Notes under the pieces: model-generated
The model's database searches: none
Told to the model about the DNA's origin: nothing
Seen by the model: the letters and a program-made list of their open reading frames with translations, nothing else
Assembly: GCA_964016885.1 (NCBI GenBank)
Contig: OZ024741.1
Coordinates: 70,184,001-70,248,000 of the forward strand
Length of the DNA stretch: 64,000 nt
Source: Eledone cirrhosa
Taxonomy: Eukaryota
Direction: 5' to 3'
Shown here: positions 30,727 to 46,580 of the stretch, piece by piece
Layout: each line of letters opens with the position of its first letter
Numbering within the stretch: position 1 is the first letter of the stretch
Position numbers and translations under genes: made by a program

Positions 30727-31143
30727 ATTAATTGAAAATATTAATAAATGTAGACATTCACTTAATCAAAATATATGTTATCATATATATTTCGGAGGTA
30801 CTGTGTTGTTTTTTCAGTACGTCCTCATTAGATAAAATATATAAATTGATGTATGACATACCTCAATTGTGCTGATGGTTCAATTCCAGTCTTGGCAGTC
30901 TGCCACAGTTGAGGTATGTCATACATCAATTTATGTATTTTATCTGATGAGGACGTACTGAAAAAACAGCACAGTACCTCCGAAATATATATGATAAAAT
31001 ATATTTTTGATTAAGTGAATGTCTACATTTATTAATATTTTGAATTAATATTAATAACTCCAGAAAACCTCACTGTTGAGTGCTTTTAATCTATTGTAAA
31101 TCTATATTCATTGATTAATGAATGAACCTTGTTTAACTTTTGG

Positions 31144-31146
<3 letters not shown>
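30727..31146 (+). mobile_element. Fold-back element with hammerhead 30936-31001 (G at position 17)
   Basis: ~145-bp arms; tattttat-CTGATGA-ggacgtactg/cagtacctcc-GAAA-tatata-TG-ataaaata; bulged hairpin 31057-31084. Confidence 0.8.
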
Positions 31147-31198
<52 letters not shown>

Positions 31199-31236
31199 CA
31201 GTCGATCGACTTTCGTCAAATCAGACCGAGGAAGCG

Positions 31237-31298
<62 letters not shown>

Positions 31299-31474
31299 CC
31301 AGTAACCTAGAAGTTAATTCATTGCAAGGTTCATAGTAAACCTTTTGGACATCCGCTCCTAAATATATTGAGGAACAGGGTCAGCTTTCCCAACTGTTAA
31401 ATTAATTAGATTTTTAAAACTATTTTTGTTACATGTGTAAAAATATCGGACTTCCAGGTTACTTATGACTCACC

Positions 31475-31523
<49 letters not shown>

Positions 31524-31526
31524 CAC

Positions 31527-31635
<109 letters not shown>

Positions 31636-32239
31636 TATTATATATATTATATATTATATTATATATTATATATATATACATATATATTTATATTTATTTA
31701 TATATATATATATATATATACATATAGCATGGTTACTTCGTCCAGTAACAGTTTAACGACATCCAAATCACAGATGAAACAAATGTGATGAAAGGTTAAT
31801 GAGCTGAGAATAACATTGTTATGATTCCAATCTAAATATGAAGAACTCATAAAGATAAATCCATTGTAGTCGTCTTCATTATAACACTCTCACGGGGAGA
31901 TGCACACCCACACACATATATATTCATTTATATATATGTATACTGTTCATATATATATATATATACATTTATACATATATATATATGTATAAATGGGTGT
32001 GTGTGTGTGAGTGTGTGTGCATGCATATATATGTATATATATATATATATATAGGATAAAGTATGACCCCGACGACAGAGCTCAAGCCGTTTCGACGTCT
32101 ATTTCTGGACTAGCCGTTGAAACGGCTTGAGATCTGCCGTCGGGGTCATACTTTCTCCTATTACCCACTCTACTACCCTGAGTATTGAGTACTCTGGTGC
32201 GTTATGGTCCATCTGGTTCCTTACCACAACTCCTCCGTC

Positions 32240-32298
<59 letters not shown>

Positions 32299-32422
32299 CT
32301 GTATATATATACAGTATATATACAGTATATATACAGTATATATACAATATAACTGTCATTCTGCTTCCTGTTTTGCTTTGTTTATTAACTATATATATAA
32401 ATATATATATATATATATACAT

Positions 32423-32453
<31 letters not shown>

Positions 32454-32493
32454 TTAAAATGCTCAAACGTCCACCATACTTGGATATATATGG

Positions 32494-32536
<43 letters not shown>

Positions 32537-32748
32537 GTGGGGGGTGGGGTGGGGGGGGGGGGTTGTTTCCCTTCTATCCCTTCTCTCTCCTCTATCATTA
32601 TATTTCTTCTTTAATTTCTAGCTCTATTTTCTGTCCAAAACGCTAAGACATTTCCTAATATATTATGCCTGAAAATAATATATCTCTTCATTCAACTTTA
32701 TCATCTGTTTGTTCATGCCATCTACTTATAACACACACACACACACAT

Positions 32749-32791
<43 letters not shown>

Positions 32792-33356
32792 AATATATAT
32801 ATATATATATATATATACGTATGTGGTTGGCGGCTTGACGGATGAGAGAAAGAAGTACTCAATACCAAAGTAGAGTTTTAATATTCAATATTATTGAGAC
32901 TAAAAATTGAGTTTGTTACTCTGGCGTTTCACCTGATGACCATGTGATAAAACTCCACTTTTTAGCCTTTAATATTGAATATGTATCGATTAGTGGATCG
33001 ACAAGATCACAGACCTCATTCGCTAATCGAGTGGGATAGAGCTCGGTAAATCGGACCGAAGAAACAATGTTTCTATTAGTCTTTCCAATTGCTAATACTA
33101 TCTGTCGGTCGCAACTCCAGCCAGAGAGAGTAACGTGAAATAAAGTGTCTTGTTCAAGGACATAACGCATCTGGGAATCGGTCTGGGAATCGAAATCACA
33201 ACCACATGATTGCGAATCCAGTTCTCTAACCACTCACCCAGGCGGCTTCAAATGAATATGTGTGTATATCCTTGCGGGGTCGAAAAAATAAAGTACCAGT
33301 AATGTACTGGTAATTGCTGGCCTTGTGCCAAAAGTAGAAACAATTATATATATGTG

Positions 33357-33413
<57 letters not shown>

Positions 33414-33548
33414 TACATATATATTATATATGTATATAATATGTATATATATTATTTAAATATATATGATATACATATATATTATATAGACATATAACAT
33501 ATATATATGTATATATGTATATATATGTATATATATATATATAATATA

Positions 33549-33586
<38 letters not shown>

Positions 33587-33660
33587 TATTATATATAAAT
33601 ATATATGATATACATATATATTATATAGACATATAACATATATATATGTATATATGTATA

Positions 33661-33735
<75 letters not shown>

Positions 33736-33768
33736 GACATATAACATATATATATGTATATATGTATA

Positions 33769-33834
<66 letters not shown>

Positions 33835-34181
33835 AATATATATGATATACATATATATTATATAGACATAATATGTAAGTATGTATATATATTTAAGTAT
33901 CAGCCGTATTAAGAGTGAGAAATGAAATTTCATTTTTTCTATATATATATACACATATATATTATATAAATATATGATATACATATATATTATATAGACA
34001 TGTTTTCCGAAAGTTTTTATCGAAAATTTAAAAATGCAACTTCTCCTTTCATGATATTTGGATTACATTGAGTTCTTCATACGGATTCGACACTACCGTA
34101 TATTTTGGTAGATTTATCTACATATATATATATACACACATATATATTAGATAAATACATGATATACATATATATTATATA

Positions 34182-34275
<94 letters not shown>

Positions 34276-34316
34276 CGAAACATAAGTCAATTGCGAGAAC
34301 TCATAATCCTTTATTT

Positions 34317-34372
34317 ACTGCTATATATATTTCGATGATAGCCATTGAGTGGCTATGACCTCATCAGGCAGT
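34317..34372 (-). ncRNA. Minimal type I hammerhead ribozyme
   Basis: actgc-CTGATGA-ggtcatagcca/tggctatcatc-GAAA-tatata-TA-gcagt. Confidence 0.85.
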
Positions 34373-34464
34373 TAGTCAGTTCTTAGATATGCCAGCTCTG
34401 TATTTATGGTGTTGATTGTATCAGAGCCTTGGAACATTTATAATAATTTAATATTATTAATTTT

Positions 34465-34552
<88 letters not shown>

Positions 34553-34802
34553 CATATATTAAAATTAATAATAGTTAAATTATTTAATACAAAAAAGTTA
34601 CATCAAAACAATTCTTGATTGAAGAAGAATGAAGAATGATTTTTGTTTTAATTTATTTATTTTATCCATTATTGATTTTATAATGATCTGACTAATTGAT
34701 TAATGATTTAGTTAATTAATTGACACCTTTATATGTATCGATATGCTTACATATATCTATATATGTATCTGCAATCATGTGTTATATTGTATATTATATA
34801 TA

Positions 34803-34872
<70 letters not shown>

Positions 34873-35086
34873 ATTGTGTGTTTGCGTGTGTTCATGGATG
34901 TGCGTATGTATACATATATATGTAAATATGTACGTATGTATAAGAATGTATATATGTATATATATATATATGAATATGAATATTAATATATATATATATA
35001 TACATGTGAATGTGTATATGTATATATATAAATATGTGTTTTTTTCTGTGTGTACATGCATATCAGCATATATATATATATGTATA

Positions 35087-35183
<97 letters not shown>

Positions 35184-35483
35184 CGTGTGTTGTAACGAGG
35201 CAAATAACTTTGTATCTACTCTGGGATTTATACATAACCTTTCCTATACGCTGAGAGGCAACTGGTACTCGCAGGAAAACCTTCTGCTAGTCGCATCAAC
35301 CTCAATCCCGCCGAGGTTAACTTTGCATTTCATCCTTACGGTGTCGATAAAATAAAGTACCAGTAATGCACTGGGTATTTGCTGGCCTTGTGCCAGAAGT
35401 AGAAACAATTATTATTATTATTACTATATATATACATATGTGTGTGTGGGTGGGTGTATGTATCTATATATAATAAGTTTCAC

Positions 35484-35602
<119 letters not shown>

Positions 35603-35704
35603 GTATATATAATGTATATATAATGTATAATGTATATATAATTTATATATAATGTATATATAATGTATATATATATATATATATATATAGATATATGTAT
35701 ATAA

Positions 35705-36150
35705 AGCTTTAGATTTCGGCCAGTATAGCCGAGGCCATGTCTAACTTAATAACACCTCTTTGGCAAGTCTTTCACATCATAATTTAGACAACATGGCCCA
35801 CTCAAGTAGAGTTATTGTTTACGGTGACATATCCGGTATATGAGATTTATCCTGGATTTTGAAGGAATTTATCCAAAGACGTTTTGAATTTTATGAGGTC
35901 TGTTTCTGTTTTAATGTGTTTTGGTGAAAGGTTAAAGAGAGCAGGGTCAATTGAAGTGAAATAGTTGTGCAGTAATGTTGTTATAAGATGCGAGTTTTGT
36001 TGTGGGCAGATAGCACGGGCCCAAGCTTTAGGTGAACTTTAAAGATGATACCAACATCATTATACTCATATTTATATAAGTAACTGTTAAAAGTAGTGAA
36101 TACAATACGTTGCTAGATTATAGGCATCATTCCCGTGGAAATCATAATAA
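35705..36150 (-). pseudogene. CR1/L2-group LINE 3' end remnant
   Basis: Degraded frame PALFNLSPKHIKTETDLIKFKTSLDKFL..PGYVTVNNNS, then a 3' stem-loop and microsatellite. Confidence 0.6.
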
Positions 36151-36161
36151 ATATATATACA

Positions 36162-36276
<115 letters not shown>

Positions 36277-36323
36277 AATATATATAAATGTATATATATA
36301 TATAAATATATATATATATAAAT

Positions 36324-36570
<247 letters not shown>

Positions 36571-36756
36571 ATATATATATATATATTTATATATTTATAT
36601 ATATATATATATTTCATTTCATTTCATTTGAATTTGAGTCCATGCTCAGGCCAAGTCGAAGTCGATATATATATATATTTATATATATATATGGGTGTGT
36701 GTGTATGTGTGCGTGTGTATAAACTGAATGAGTAGTAGTTTTGCGTCATCTTATTT

Positions 36757-36847
<91 letters not shown>

Positions 36848-36915
36848 TATGCCCGTGTGAGTGTGGGCGCCTGCATGTTCGTGTTGCTATGCACATTCAC
36901 ACACTCTCAAAACTC

Positions 36916-36960
<45 letters not shown>

Positions 36961-37115
36961 TATATTCATATCCATTAATGTTTGTCTGTATTAGTCTGAT
37001 TGTATGGTGCACACACACATCTATATACATATATATGAATGTATATATATGAATGTATATATTCATGCATGTATGCTGAATACAAACTTATATTTATACA
37101 CGTATGTTTATATAA

Positions 37116-37157
<42 letters not shown>

Positions 37158-37427
37158 ACCACAACCATCACCTCCACCATCATCACCATCACCACCATCA
37201 TCACCATCACCACCATCATCACCATCACCACCATAACTACCGCCACCTCCAACATCACAAGGTTTTTCGTGATAAAACCACAATTAAATAATGTGCTCAT
37301 ACATAAATATAGGAGAGAAAAGTTTGTTACATAGAAATGAATTCTACAGCACTAGGGTGTTTCATTTAAACTGAAACAATCATGCAATTTCTATCCTGGC
37401 GATTCCAATTCTATATATGTATATATG

Positions 37428-37498
<71 letters not shown>

Positions 37499-37727
37499 AA
37501 TACATATATATTAATATATATATATATATAAGGAACCAGTAGGACCCCGACGGCTGAGCTCAAGCCGTTTCGACGGCTAATTCGACGGCTAATCCAGAAT
37601 TAGCCGTCGAAACGGCTTGAGCTCAGCCGTCGGGGTCTTACTGGTTCCTATTACCCACTCTACTACCCTAAGTATTGAGTACTTTGGTGCGTTATGGTCC
37701 ACCTGGTTCCTTACCACATTTCCTTCG

Positions 37728-37785
<58 letters not shown>

Positions 37786-37985
37786 GGTCTAATTGATTTT
37801 TTATATGGTTAATTATGCTAATTGGGAGAGGAAATGGTATATATTTTATCTAATAATTCTAAGGACAGGATTTATGATATATTGCTCTGATTATTTAATT
37901 TATTAATTCTTCATTGAACCACAACGTGACCGGTTGCCACATATATATCTGTGACTTTATGTATATGTAAATCTTTATATATATA

Positions 37986-38047
<62 letters not shown>

Positions 38048-38182
38048 TATATTCCAAATTGAACATAGCACAATTATATAATTATAAAGTCTAAATGTTA
38101 TAGAATAGCAACTACAAGTGAAGACTTTCTATTCCATTTTTCGAATATACCTAACTATACCAAGGATTTCACTCATTTTCCA

Positions 38183-38290
<108 letters not shown>

Positions 38291-38351
38291 GGCTGTTTTC
38301 ATAATTGCAGATGAATCGAATATTATTATTATTATATATATATATATTAAC

Positions 38352-38463
<112 letters not shown>

Positions 38464-38722
38464 GTATATATATATATGTATATATATGTATATATATATG
38501 TTAATATATATGTATATATATATAACGAAGAAAGTGTGATGAGGAACGAGGTGGACCATAACGAACCAGAGTACTCGATACTTAAGGGAGTAGGGTGGGT
38601 AATAGGAAAAGAGTCATCACCCCGACGGCTGAGCTCCGGCCGTTTCGACAGCTAGATCCGAACGTTCGGATCTAGCTGTCGAAATGGCCGGAGCTCAACC
38701 TTCGGGGTCATGGCTCTTTTCC

Positions 38723-38787
<65 letters not shown>

Positions 38788-39212
38788 CAAAGTCCACCTG
38801 GTTGTGGTGGGGCTAAGGAGGGCGCCCGATTAAACAAGCTTTTTGAGACTAGAAATAGATAGTAACTTAACCATTACCATGCTAGTTGATGCATCGATCC
38901 CCATCGATCAATCGATCCTATGAAACGATCGTAAAACAATGAACTAACTCTCTACCTACACCTGAATTCTACTTATATTGTTCAAACACACACACACACA
39001 TACACATACATACATACACATAGACACACATACATACACGCACGCGCATATATATATATGTGTGTGTGTGTGTATGCGTCTGGAACGCTGTTGAAAAGAC
39101 AAGAGCTCAGCAGTCGGGGTCCCGACTGTTTTTAATAAAACCATACTCTACTACTTCAAGTGTCGAGTACTCTGTTGGGTAATGGTCTAACCTGATCCAA
39201 ATTGAATCCATC

Positions 39213-39259
<47 letters not shown>

Positions 39260-39267
39260 TAAAATAA

Positions 39268-39395
39268 CAGATTAAAGTTTAAGCAAAGAATCGCTGCTTT
39301 CACCCTTAACGAGATCTTCTTCTGAAGATCTCGTTAAGGATGAAAGCAGCGATTCTTATCGAGCCCTCTTTGGATTTTAGTCTTCAAATTTATTA
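39268..39395. mobile_element. Small fold-back element with half hammerhead
   Basis: Hairpin ccttaacgagatcttc/gaagatctcgttaagg followed by GAAA-gca; relatives near 25705, 27575-27790 and 27951. Confidence 0.55.
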
Positions 39396-39690
39396 TTATT
39401 ACTATATATATATATTTATATATATATATACATACATGTATGTATATATATATATATATATATATTTATATTATGTGTGTTACAAATTTATCTATATGAC
39501 TTGGCAAGCTATATATAATTAGAACACTGGATTAACCCCTTTACTTCCCTCCAAAGAGGAGATATCTCGAAAATTAAGGATATTCAAATAAATTTAAGGT
39601 AAAAGACTAATTGTCAGCAATATCTTCTGCATTTGTATTTATATTTTATATCCATACCTGCATTGTTTTGCCCTTCTACCTCCAAACGTT

Positions 39691-39734
<44 letters not shown>

Positions 39735-39799
39735 TATATAGTTATAACACACACACCCATATATATAGAGAGAGGGGGAGGAGTGAGAGAGAGTCAGAG

Positions 39800-39830
<31 letters not shown>

Positions 39831-40171
39831 TAGATACATATATATTGATATAGATATAGACATATATATAAAGATATATATATATATAGATAGATAGATA
39901 GATATATAGATATAGATATATAAAGATATATATATAAATAGATATATACATACACATACATCGAACATAAGTATGAGTCGATCAATTGATAAACGTTAAA
40001 GGTTATTGATTATACTTACAACCATCGTATAGCATCCGAACGTGCGAGTAAAGTTAGAAGGTAGATAGTTCCGATTAAGAAAGTTGGTAGTAAGTCGCTG
40101 CTCCTTGTGATAAGCATCTTGTGCGATGTTGTTAAAACTGATGATGACCACCACATGTGTGTTAGACGAAC

Positions 40172-41640
40172 AGTGGTGGCGGTGGTGGTGGTGGTGGTGG
40201 TGGTGGTGATGGTGGGGTGGGGGTGGTGATGGTGGGGGGTGATAGTGGTGGTGGTGGTGGTGGTGGTGGTGGTGGTGGTGGTGGTGGTGGTGGTGGTGGT
40301 GGTGGTGGTGGTGGTGGCGGTGGTGGTGGGGTGGTGGTGGTGGTGGTGGTGTGGTGGTGGTGGTGGTGGTGGTGGTGGCGGTGGTGATGGGGGGGGGGGG
40401 GGGGTGATAGTGGTGGGGGTGGTGGCGGTGGTGGTGATGGTGGTGGTGATGGTGGCGGTGGTGGGGTGGTGGTGGTGGTGGTGGTGGTGGTGGCGGTGGC
40501 GGTGATGGTGGTGGTGGCGGTGGTGGTGGTGGTGGTGGCGGTGGTGGTGATGGTGGCGGTGATGGTGGTGGTGGCGGTGGTGGTGATGGTGGCGGTGATG
40601 GTGGTGGTGGTGGTGGTGGTGTTGCTGGTGGTGGTGGTGGTGGTGATGGTGGCGGTGATGGTGGCGGCGGTGGCGGTGGTGGTGGTGGTGGTGGTGGTGA
40701 TGGTGGCGGCGGTGGCGGTGATGGTGGTGGTGGCGGTGGTGGTGGTGGTGGTGGTGGCGGTGGTGGTGGTGGTGGTGGTGGCGGTGGTGGTGGTGGTGGT
40801 GGTGGTGGTGGCGGTGGTGGTGATAGTGGTGGTGATGGTGGTGGCGGTGGTGGTGGTGGTGGTGGTGGTGGTCGTGATGGTGGTGGTGGAGGTGGTGGTG
40901 ATAGTGGTGGTGGTGGTGATGGGGGTTTTAGTGTTGGTGTTGTTGGTGGTGGTGGTGATAGTGGTGTGGTGGTGATGGTGATGGTATTGGTGGTGTTGAT
41001 AGTGGTGGTGGTGGTGTTAATTGCGGTGGTGGTGGTTTTTGTGTCTCTGTGTGTGTAGGTATATATGCATGTGAGTGTGTGATATGTGATGTGTGAGTAT
41101 GTGTTTGTGTGTCTGGGGGTGGGGATGGCGGCGGCAGCGGCGGTAGTGGTGGTGGTGGTGGTGGGTGTGGTGGTGGAGGGTGTGGTGGTGGTGGGTGTGG
41201 TGGTCGGTGGCAATGGTAATGATATTACTGGCGGTAGTTTTTGTTTTTGATTGTGGTGGTAGTGATTTTGGTGGTGGTGCTTGTGGTGGTGGTGGTGGTA
41301 ATGATGATGATGATAGTGGTGGTAGTGGTGGTGGTGGTGATGGTAATGGTAGTGGTGGTGGTGGTGGTGGTAGTGGTGGGGGTATTGTCTGTTGCGGTGG
41401 TGGTCGTGGTTGTGATGATGGTAGTGGTGGTAGTGGTGGTGTGGTCGTGATGGCGGTGGTGGTAGTGGTGGTGGTGATGCTGGTGGTGGTAGTGGTGGAG
41501 GTATTGTCTATTATGGTTGTGGTGGTGGTGCTTGTGGTGAAGATGTTTGTGGTTGTGGCAATGTTTTTGATGTTGGTGGTTATTTTATGGTGTTAGCGTT
41601 AGGATGTGAGGTGGTTTCGGTGGTAGTGGTGGTGGTGCCT
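40172..41640. repeat. Degenerate (GGT)n trinucleotide tract (~1.4 kb)
   Basis: Directly visible; produces the poly-Pro/His/Val pseudo-ORFs. Confidence 0.95.
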
Positions 41641-41848
41641 GTTTGTAGAGAGTGTATTGTTGTTATTGTTGTTGTTGGTCTCTATCGTGTAGATTGGCGG
41701 GGTTGGTCTGGGTTGAAAGACGCGGTGGGAGGACTGAGATAAAAGACATCTTCAGATACATACACATACACACATACACATATACACACATACACATATA
41801 TACATGCATACACCCATACAGACATACACATACAGACATATACACATG

Positions 41849-41900
<52 letters not shown>

Positions 41901-42071
41901 AAACGGAGAATCAGTGGTGCGACGAATACATATACATATACACACATACGCACACACACATACACACATACATACATACACGCGCGCAATACCCACAGAT
42001 GCGGATATACACTCATTAAAGTACACACCCGTGTGCATACCTAATCGCACATATACACACATACGGACATA

Positions 42072-42122
<51 letters not shown>

Positions 42123-42500
42123 ACAAATGTAAAAATACGCACACACACATTAGAGCGCGTACTTACACACGTTTTCACACTAATGCTATCACGCTCAATA
42201 ATACACATGCGCACGTGTACGTGCACACATACGTGCACACATACTAACTCTCACACAGTACTCTGTGTGAGAGTTAGTATGTGTGTGTAATTGTACGTAT
42301 GTATGTGTGTATGTCAGGAGCAGCGTTTGGAGTTTGTGCGTATGTGTGCACTCTCACACATACAGACATTTATTTACAGTGAGTTGCATATATATATGTG
42401 TGTGTGTGTATGTGTATGCATGTATATGTGTGTGTGTGTATATATATATGTGTGTGTGTGAGTCTATATATATATGTGTGTGTGTGTGTGTGCATGTATA

Positions 42501-42558
<58 letters not shown>

Positions 42559-42566
42559 CATGTATA

Positions 42567-42672
<106 letters not shown>

Positions 42673-42783
42673 AATAATGTGTGGTGCCGAGACCGAGGAG
42701 ACCAATAATCTTCAGAGTATTCTATGCATGGGAGATGCTGAAACCGCCTGGCGGTCGGGAATTTACCTCTCCCACCTCCGCTT

Positions 42784-42844
<61 letters not shown>

Positions 42845-43129
42845 ATATTAAGAGTGAGGGGGAAAGAAAGGAAGTGAGAGATATTGATAGATAAACAGCT
42901 AAATAGAGAGAGATATAAAGATAGACAGTCATCGACAAATAGATAGTTTGATAGATAGATATATAGATAGATAGACAGACAGATAGATATCTTTCTTTCT
43001 TTGCCACAGGGGCGTAGAAAAATGGGACATTACAAGACGTGACGGCGGGGGTTTTACATAAAATCTTTAACAATTAGGTAGATAGATAGATATATAGATG
43101 TATAGACCGATAGATAGATAGATAGATAA

Positions 43130-44972
43130 GTTTCTTTTATTTGCCACTAGGGCATCAAAAGTGGGACAAGTACAAAGGGGGGAGTTTACACAAAAAGGCG
43201 TCCTCAATAAGGAGGAGGCAATAACAAAATATAAAAATAAAATAAGATATAACAAAAAATAAAATTTTTAACAAAATCCTCAATAGAGAGGAGGCGCCTT
43301 GGGGGGTCGCACACACCCCCGAAAAAAGTGTGCAACCCTTTTCCTCAGGAGCACAGAGAGGGGGTGCTCCCTCGTTCCTTCCTCTTTTCCACCTACAGGC
43401 TTATGTAAAGAGAAGGCCCATTCACACGGGCCATTCTCGCCACTTTCACCCACCTTTCATAAAAACGACTGGGGTGCAGCACCTCTCTCTCCATCCTGAT
43501 CCTTCTTCCGAAATGATATCGGAAGAAACGGACCAGTTGTTGGCCAGAGAGAAAGGCGCCCGACCTCAGTCCTTTCAGACGCGTCCACCATACAACCTCT
43601 TTCGCCATGGCTATTACGCACAGAAACACCGCCTCTGCTTCATCTTTGAAGGGGGGAGGCGGCTTGATCATTACAATAGACTCGGTGGTCAACCGGATCG
43701 GTCCCACCCTTGACAGCAGTTGTTCGACATAGCCCCACAGATCGGCTACGCCCGAGCAGTGTACCAATGCGTGTGCAACGGTTTCCTCGTCGCACACGCA
43801 TCTGGGACAGATCTTTTTGGCGGGGTCCCTACCCGGGCGCCCGTGTCTGTAGAGCCTTTCTCGAACGGGTAAAGCCCCTCGGTAGCACTGCCAGGCCAGG
43901 GACTTCTGGAAGTTGTCCATAGGTCCCGGGCTGAATGTCCTACCGAACAGGCTGGCCAGTTCGTCCTCCTCCATGTCTAGGGCTTCTCCGAGGGCGTCGT
44001 CGCACCTGCTGCGTACCAGCCCTCTATAGAATGTTGCGGTGGAGTCTCCACTGATAACCGGATCCGCCTGCCAGAGGGCGGTGAGCGCCTGGGCACACTC
44101 AGTGTGCCAGGCGCCCAGTTTTCTCGGTCTCTGCTTGACCCAGGATTGCAGTTCGGTGAGTGAGACGAGTCTGGGAAAGGTTCGTCTCACAAACGGGGCC
44201 CACACCGGTTGTCCGGTGAGGAATACGTAGAGGTGCCGTAGCCTTGATGCGTGTTTACGCATCATTAGCCACGGCATCCCCAGCCCTCCTTTCGAAGGGT
44301 GTTGACAGCAAATGGATCTCCTCACCATAGGAGCCCGCCCCTTCCAAAGGAATTGGAAGAGCGCGCGCTCCATCTTGGTGAGGGTTTCCCTTGGGCAGGG
44401 CACTACGGTCAGGCGGTAGTAGATGACGGATGCTATATAAGTGTTCGCCACCTCCGCCCGACCTTTCAGGGATAGTTTGCAACTGGCCCACTTCTGGGTC
44501 AGTGCAAACACCCTGTTCGTAACCTCCGCCCAGTTTTTCTCCACCTGGAGGTCCGGTCCGAACCAGACCCCGAGCAACTTCACCGGGCCCTCCGTCCAGC
44601 GTCCGACGACGCCATCGGAGGGCATCGGTCTGCCCCTCCACGTGCCGAGTTGCAAACCGATCGACTTGTCCCGGTTCAGCTTAGCCCCTGTGAACTTTTC
44701 GTACTCCTCCAGTAAGGTGCCGACCGCCTCGATTTCGGAGGCCGTCGACACCATTACTGTCACATCATCGGCGTAGGCTGACACCGCTTTCCGCAATCCC
44801 GGTTCCAAAGGGATGCCCTGCAACAACTCCAACTTCCGCAGTAGTGGCTCGAGAGTCAACACATACAGAAGGGAGGAGAGAGGGCACCCTTGTCGGATGG
44901 ACCGCGCGATTTTGAACGGCTCCGAGAGGTAGCCGTTCACCTTGACCCTAGAGCAGATGCGGCTGCTGTGCA
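43130..44972 (-). mobile_element. Tx1/L1-clade LINE, 5'-truncated copy 1 with 526-aa open frame
   Basis: RQGCPLS, SAYADD, LLGVWFG, LSLKGR, KGGLG, CPRC..ETVAHALVHC; 3'UTR with AATAAA running into (TATC)n. Confidence 0.9.
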
Positions 44973-44973
44973 T

Positions 44974-45040
<67 letters not shown>

Positions 45041-45041
45041 T

Positions 45042-46524
45042 GTTTCTTTTATTTGCCACAAGGGCATCAAAAGTGGGACAAGTACAATGGGGGGAGTTTA
45101 CAAAACAAGGCGTCCTCAATAGGGAGGAGGCAATAACAATATATAAAAATAAAATAAAATATAACAAAAAATAGAATTATAACAGAATCCTCAATAGAGG
45201 ATTTTGTTATAAAATATAACAAAAAATAAAATTTATAACAAAATCCTCAATAGAGAGGAGGCGCCTTGGGGGGTCGCACACACCCCCGAAAAAAGTGTGC
45301 AACCCTTTTCCTCAGGAGCACAGAGAGGGGGTGCTCCCTCGTTCCTTCCTCTTTTCCACCTACAGGCTCATGTAAAGAGAAGGCCCATTCACACGGGCCA
45401 TTCTCGCCACTTTCACCCACCTTTCATAAAAACGACTGGGGTGCAGCACCTCTCTCTCCATCCTGATCCTTCTTCCGAAATGATATCGGAAGAAACGGAC
45501 CAGTTGTTGGCCAGAGAGAAAGGTGCCTGACCTCAGTCCTTTCAGACGCGTCCACCATACAACCTCTTTCGCCATGGCTATTACGCACAGAAACACCGCC
45601 TCTGCTTCATCTTTGAAGGGGGGAGGCGGCTTGATCATTACAATAGACTCGGTAGTCAACCGGATCGGTCCCACCCTTGACAGCAGTTGTTCGACATAGC
45701 CCCACAGATCGGCTACGCCCGAGCAGTGTACCAATGCGTGTGCAACGGTTTCCTCGTCGCACACGCATCTGGGACAGATCTTTTTGGCGGGGTCCCTACC
45801 CGGGCGCCCGTGTCTGTAGAGCCTTTCTCGAACGGGTAAAGCTCCTCGGTAGCACTGCCAGGCCAGGGACTTCTGGAAGTTGTCCATAGGTCTCGGGCTG
45901 AATGTCCTACCGAACAGGCTGGCCAGTTCGTCCTCCTCCATGTCTAGGGCTTCTCCGAGGGCGTCGTCGCACCTGCTGCGTACCAGCCCTCTATAGAATG
46001 TTGCGGTGGAGTCTCCACTGATAACCGGATCCGCCTGCCAGAGGGCGGTGAGCGCCTGGGCACACTCAGTGTGCCAGGCGCCCAGTTTCCTCGGTCTTTG
46101 CTTGACCCAGGATTGCAGCTCGGTGAGTGAGACGAGTCTGGGAAAGGTTCGTCTCACAAACGAGGCCCACACCGGTTGTCCGGTGAGGAATAGGTAGAGG
46201 TGCCGTAGCCTTAATGCGTGTTTACGCATCATTAGCCACGGCATCCCCAGCCCTCCTTTCGAAGGGTGTTGACAGCAGATGGATCTCCTCACCATAGGAG
46301 CCCGCCTCTTCCAAAGGAATTGGAAGAGCGCGCGCTCCATCTTGGTGAGAGTTTCCCTTGGGCAGGGCACTACGGTCAGGCGGTAGTAGATGACGGACGC
46401 TATGTAGGTGTTCGCCACCTCCGCCCGACCTTTCAGGGATAGTTTGCAACTGGCCCACTTCTGGGTCAGTGCAAACACCCTGTTCGTAACCTCCGCCCAG
46501 TTTTTCTCCACCTGGAGGTCCGGT
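45042..46524 (-). mobile_element. Tx1/L1-clade LINE copy 2
   Basis: Near-identical to copy 1, shorter at the 5' end; (GATA)n on both sides. Confidence 0.9.
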
Positions 46525-46571
<47 letters not shown>

Positions 46572-46580
46572 TATAGATAA

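Noticed and set aside
39996-41213. 405-aa proline/histidine-rich extensin- or formin-like ORF
   Set aside because: Arises from the (CCA)n repeat and is open in several frames on both strands.
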